A DNA stretch of 64,000 bases from Anaeramoeba ignava BMAN (lineage: Eukaryota > Protista > Anaeramoebae), in the NCBI GenBank assembly GCA_028826165.1, contig JAPDFW010000053.1:124001-188000 (forward strand), read 5' to 3'. Shown in pieces: positions 63,140 to 64,000 of the stretch. A model generated the notes under the pieces. The model worked only from the letters and a program-made list of their open reading frames with translations, was not told the origin of the DNA and did not search any database. The translations under genes and the position numbers were made by a program. Positions within the stretch are counted from its first letter, which is position 1, and every line of letters starts with the position of its first letter.

Positions 63140-64000
63140 TTAATTTGAATCAGAATTTAAATTTAAATCTTGAGAAACTTCAGTGAGATTTTTTCCATCG
63201 CCAATTAAAGATTCATTGATATTATTTTCAGTGAAATTTTGAAAACTTGAAATTTTCTCAAATGATTGATTTTTTTGAGGAATTTTTTTAGTTAATTTTG
63301 TTCTTATTTCTGGATCAAAAATAACAAATATCAAAAAATCCCAAAATCCTTGTGAAATTGAAAGTAATCCTTGAAGAACATCAATAAATGTTATTTCTGA
63401 AGCATTTGGATATGCCAAATTTCTAATTCTCTTTTTTTTTTTTTTTTTTGAATTTAATTTTATATTTTGATTTTGATTTTGATTTTGATTTTGAAATTGA
63501 TTTTGAAATTGAAATTGATTTTGAAATTGAAATTGATTTTGAAATTGATTTTGAAATTGATTTTGATTTTGAAATTGATTTTGATTTTGAAATTGATTTT
63601 GATTTTGAAATTGAAATTGAAATTGAAATTGAAATTGATTTTGAAATTGAAATTGAAATTGAAATTGAAATTGATTTTGATTTTGAAATTGAAATTGATT
63701 TTGAAATTGATTTTGAAATTGATTTTGATTTTGATTTTGAAATTGAAATTGAAATTAAAATTAAAATAAATATCAAAAAAGATATACTCTAAATGATGTT
63801 GGAATAAAAATTATAATATAAATTAAAGGAACAAAACTCATTCTTAATTCAATCCAAAATTTATTAAGTTGACTAATTCTTTTGTTATAATTTCCCTTGA
63901 TATTTTGTTGATAAAACTTTTTTAATCGAATAAATATTAAAATGCAAAATACCAAACAAACCAATAAATAAAACCAATTAAAGGCATAGAGCGGCTAAAA
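63140..64000 (-). CDS. cAR/GPR157-like GPCR copy 7 (3' part; the gene extends beyond the window)
   Basis: Exons 3-4 (WIELRMSFVPLIY; SQGFWDF); intron 63431-63787 contains (GATTTT/GAAATT)n. Confidence 0.8.

Noticed and set aside
62-64000. Alternative genetic code or non-canonical introns
   Set aside because: All reconstructed introns are GT-AG, and TAA, TAG and TGA all terminate genes normally.
1-64000. Transposons, tRNA or rRNA genes
   Set aside because: No transposase/RT ORF, terminal repeats or structured GC-rich RNA-like segment was seen by eye. tRNAscan-SE/Infernal could not be run.

Overview
Very AT-rich, gene-dense eukaryotic (protist) nuclear DNA with spliceosomal GT-AG introns and the standard genetic code. 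The style (TCATTTT initiator-like runs before ATGs, BTB-TLDc gene, microsatellite-filled introns) suggests a metamonad such as Anaeramoeba; this is inference only. I can reconstruct about 20 protein-coding genes. In order: a histidine phosphatase/phosphoglycerate-mutase protein, a giant (SH3-PH)n-RasGAP, a small discoidin/IFT25-like gene missed by the ORF track, the primase large subunit, HUS1, an ADP-ribosylglycohydrolase, a coiled-coil protein, CstF-64, a CC1-box/Spindly-motif dynein-adaptor-like protein, a PAQR/AdipoR protein, a ~4,550-aa RNF213/mysterin-like AAA+ E3 ligase, VPS16, a BTB-TLDc protein, and at least 7 tandem cAR/GPR157-like GPCRs. Most notable: (1) an intact-looking RNF213 with the RZ finger that mediates LPS ubiquitylation in mammals and a half-RING remnant; (2) a BICD/Spindly/TRAK-type dynein adaptor signature in an apparent non-animal; (3) an unusual intron grammar, in which introns use A-rich AAG/TAG acceptors and sense-strand AG is nearly excluded beyond ~35 nt from the donor, even in kb-long satellite-filled introns; (4) a GPCR array whose extracellular loop 2 lies on a fixed-length, hypervariable 31-nt microexon; (5) a recurrent upstream AAAAGTGGAA motif amplified in two intergenic minisatellites. 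At least six single-base frameshifts at short homopolymers are most likely assembly errors.
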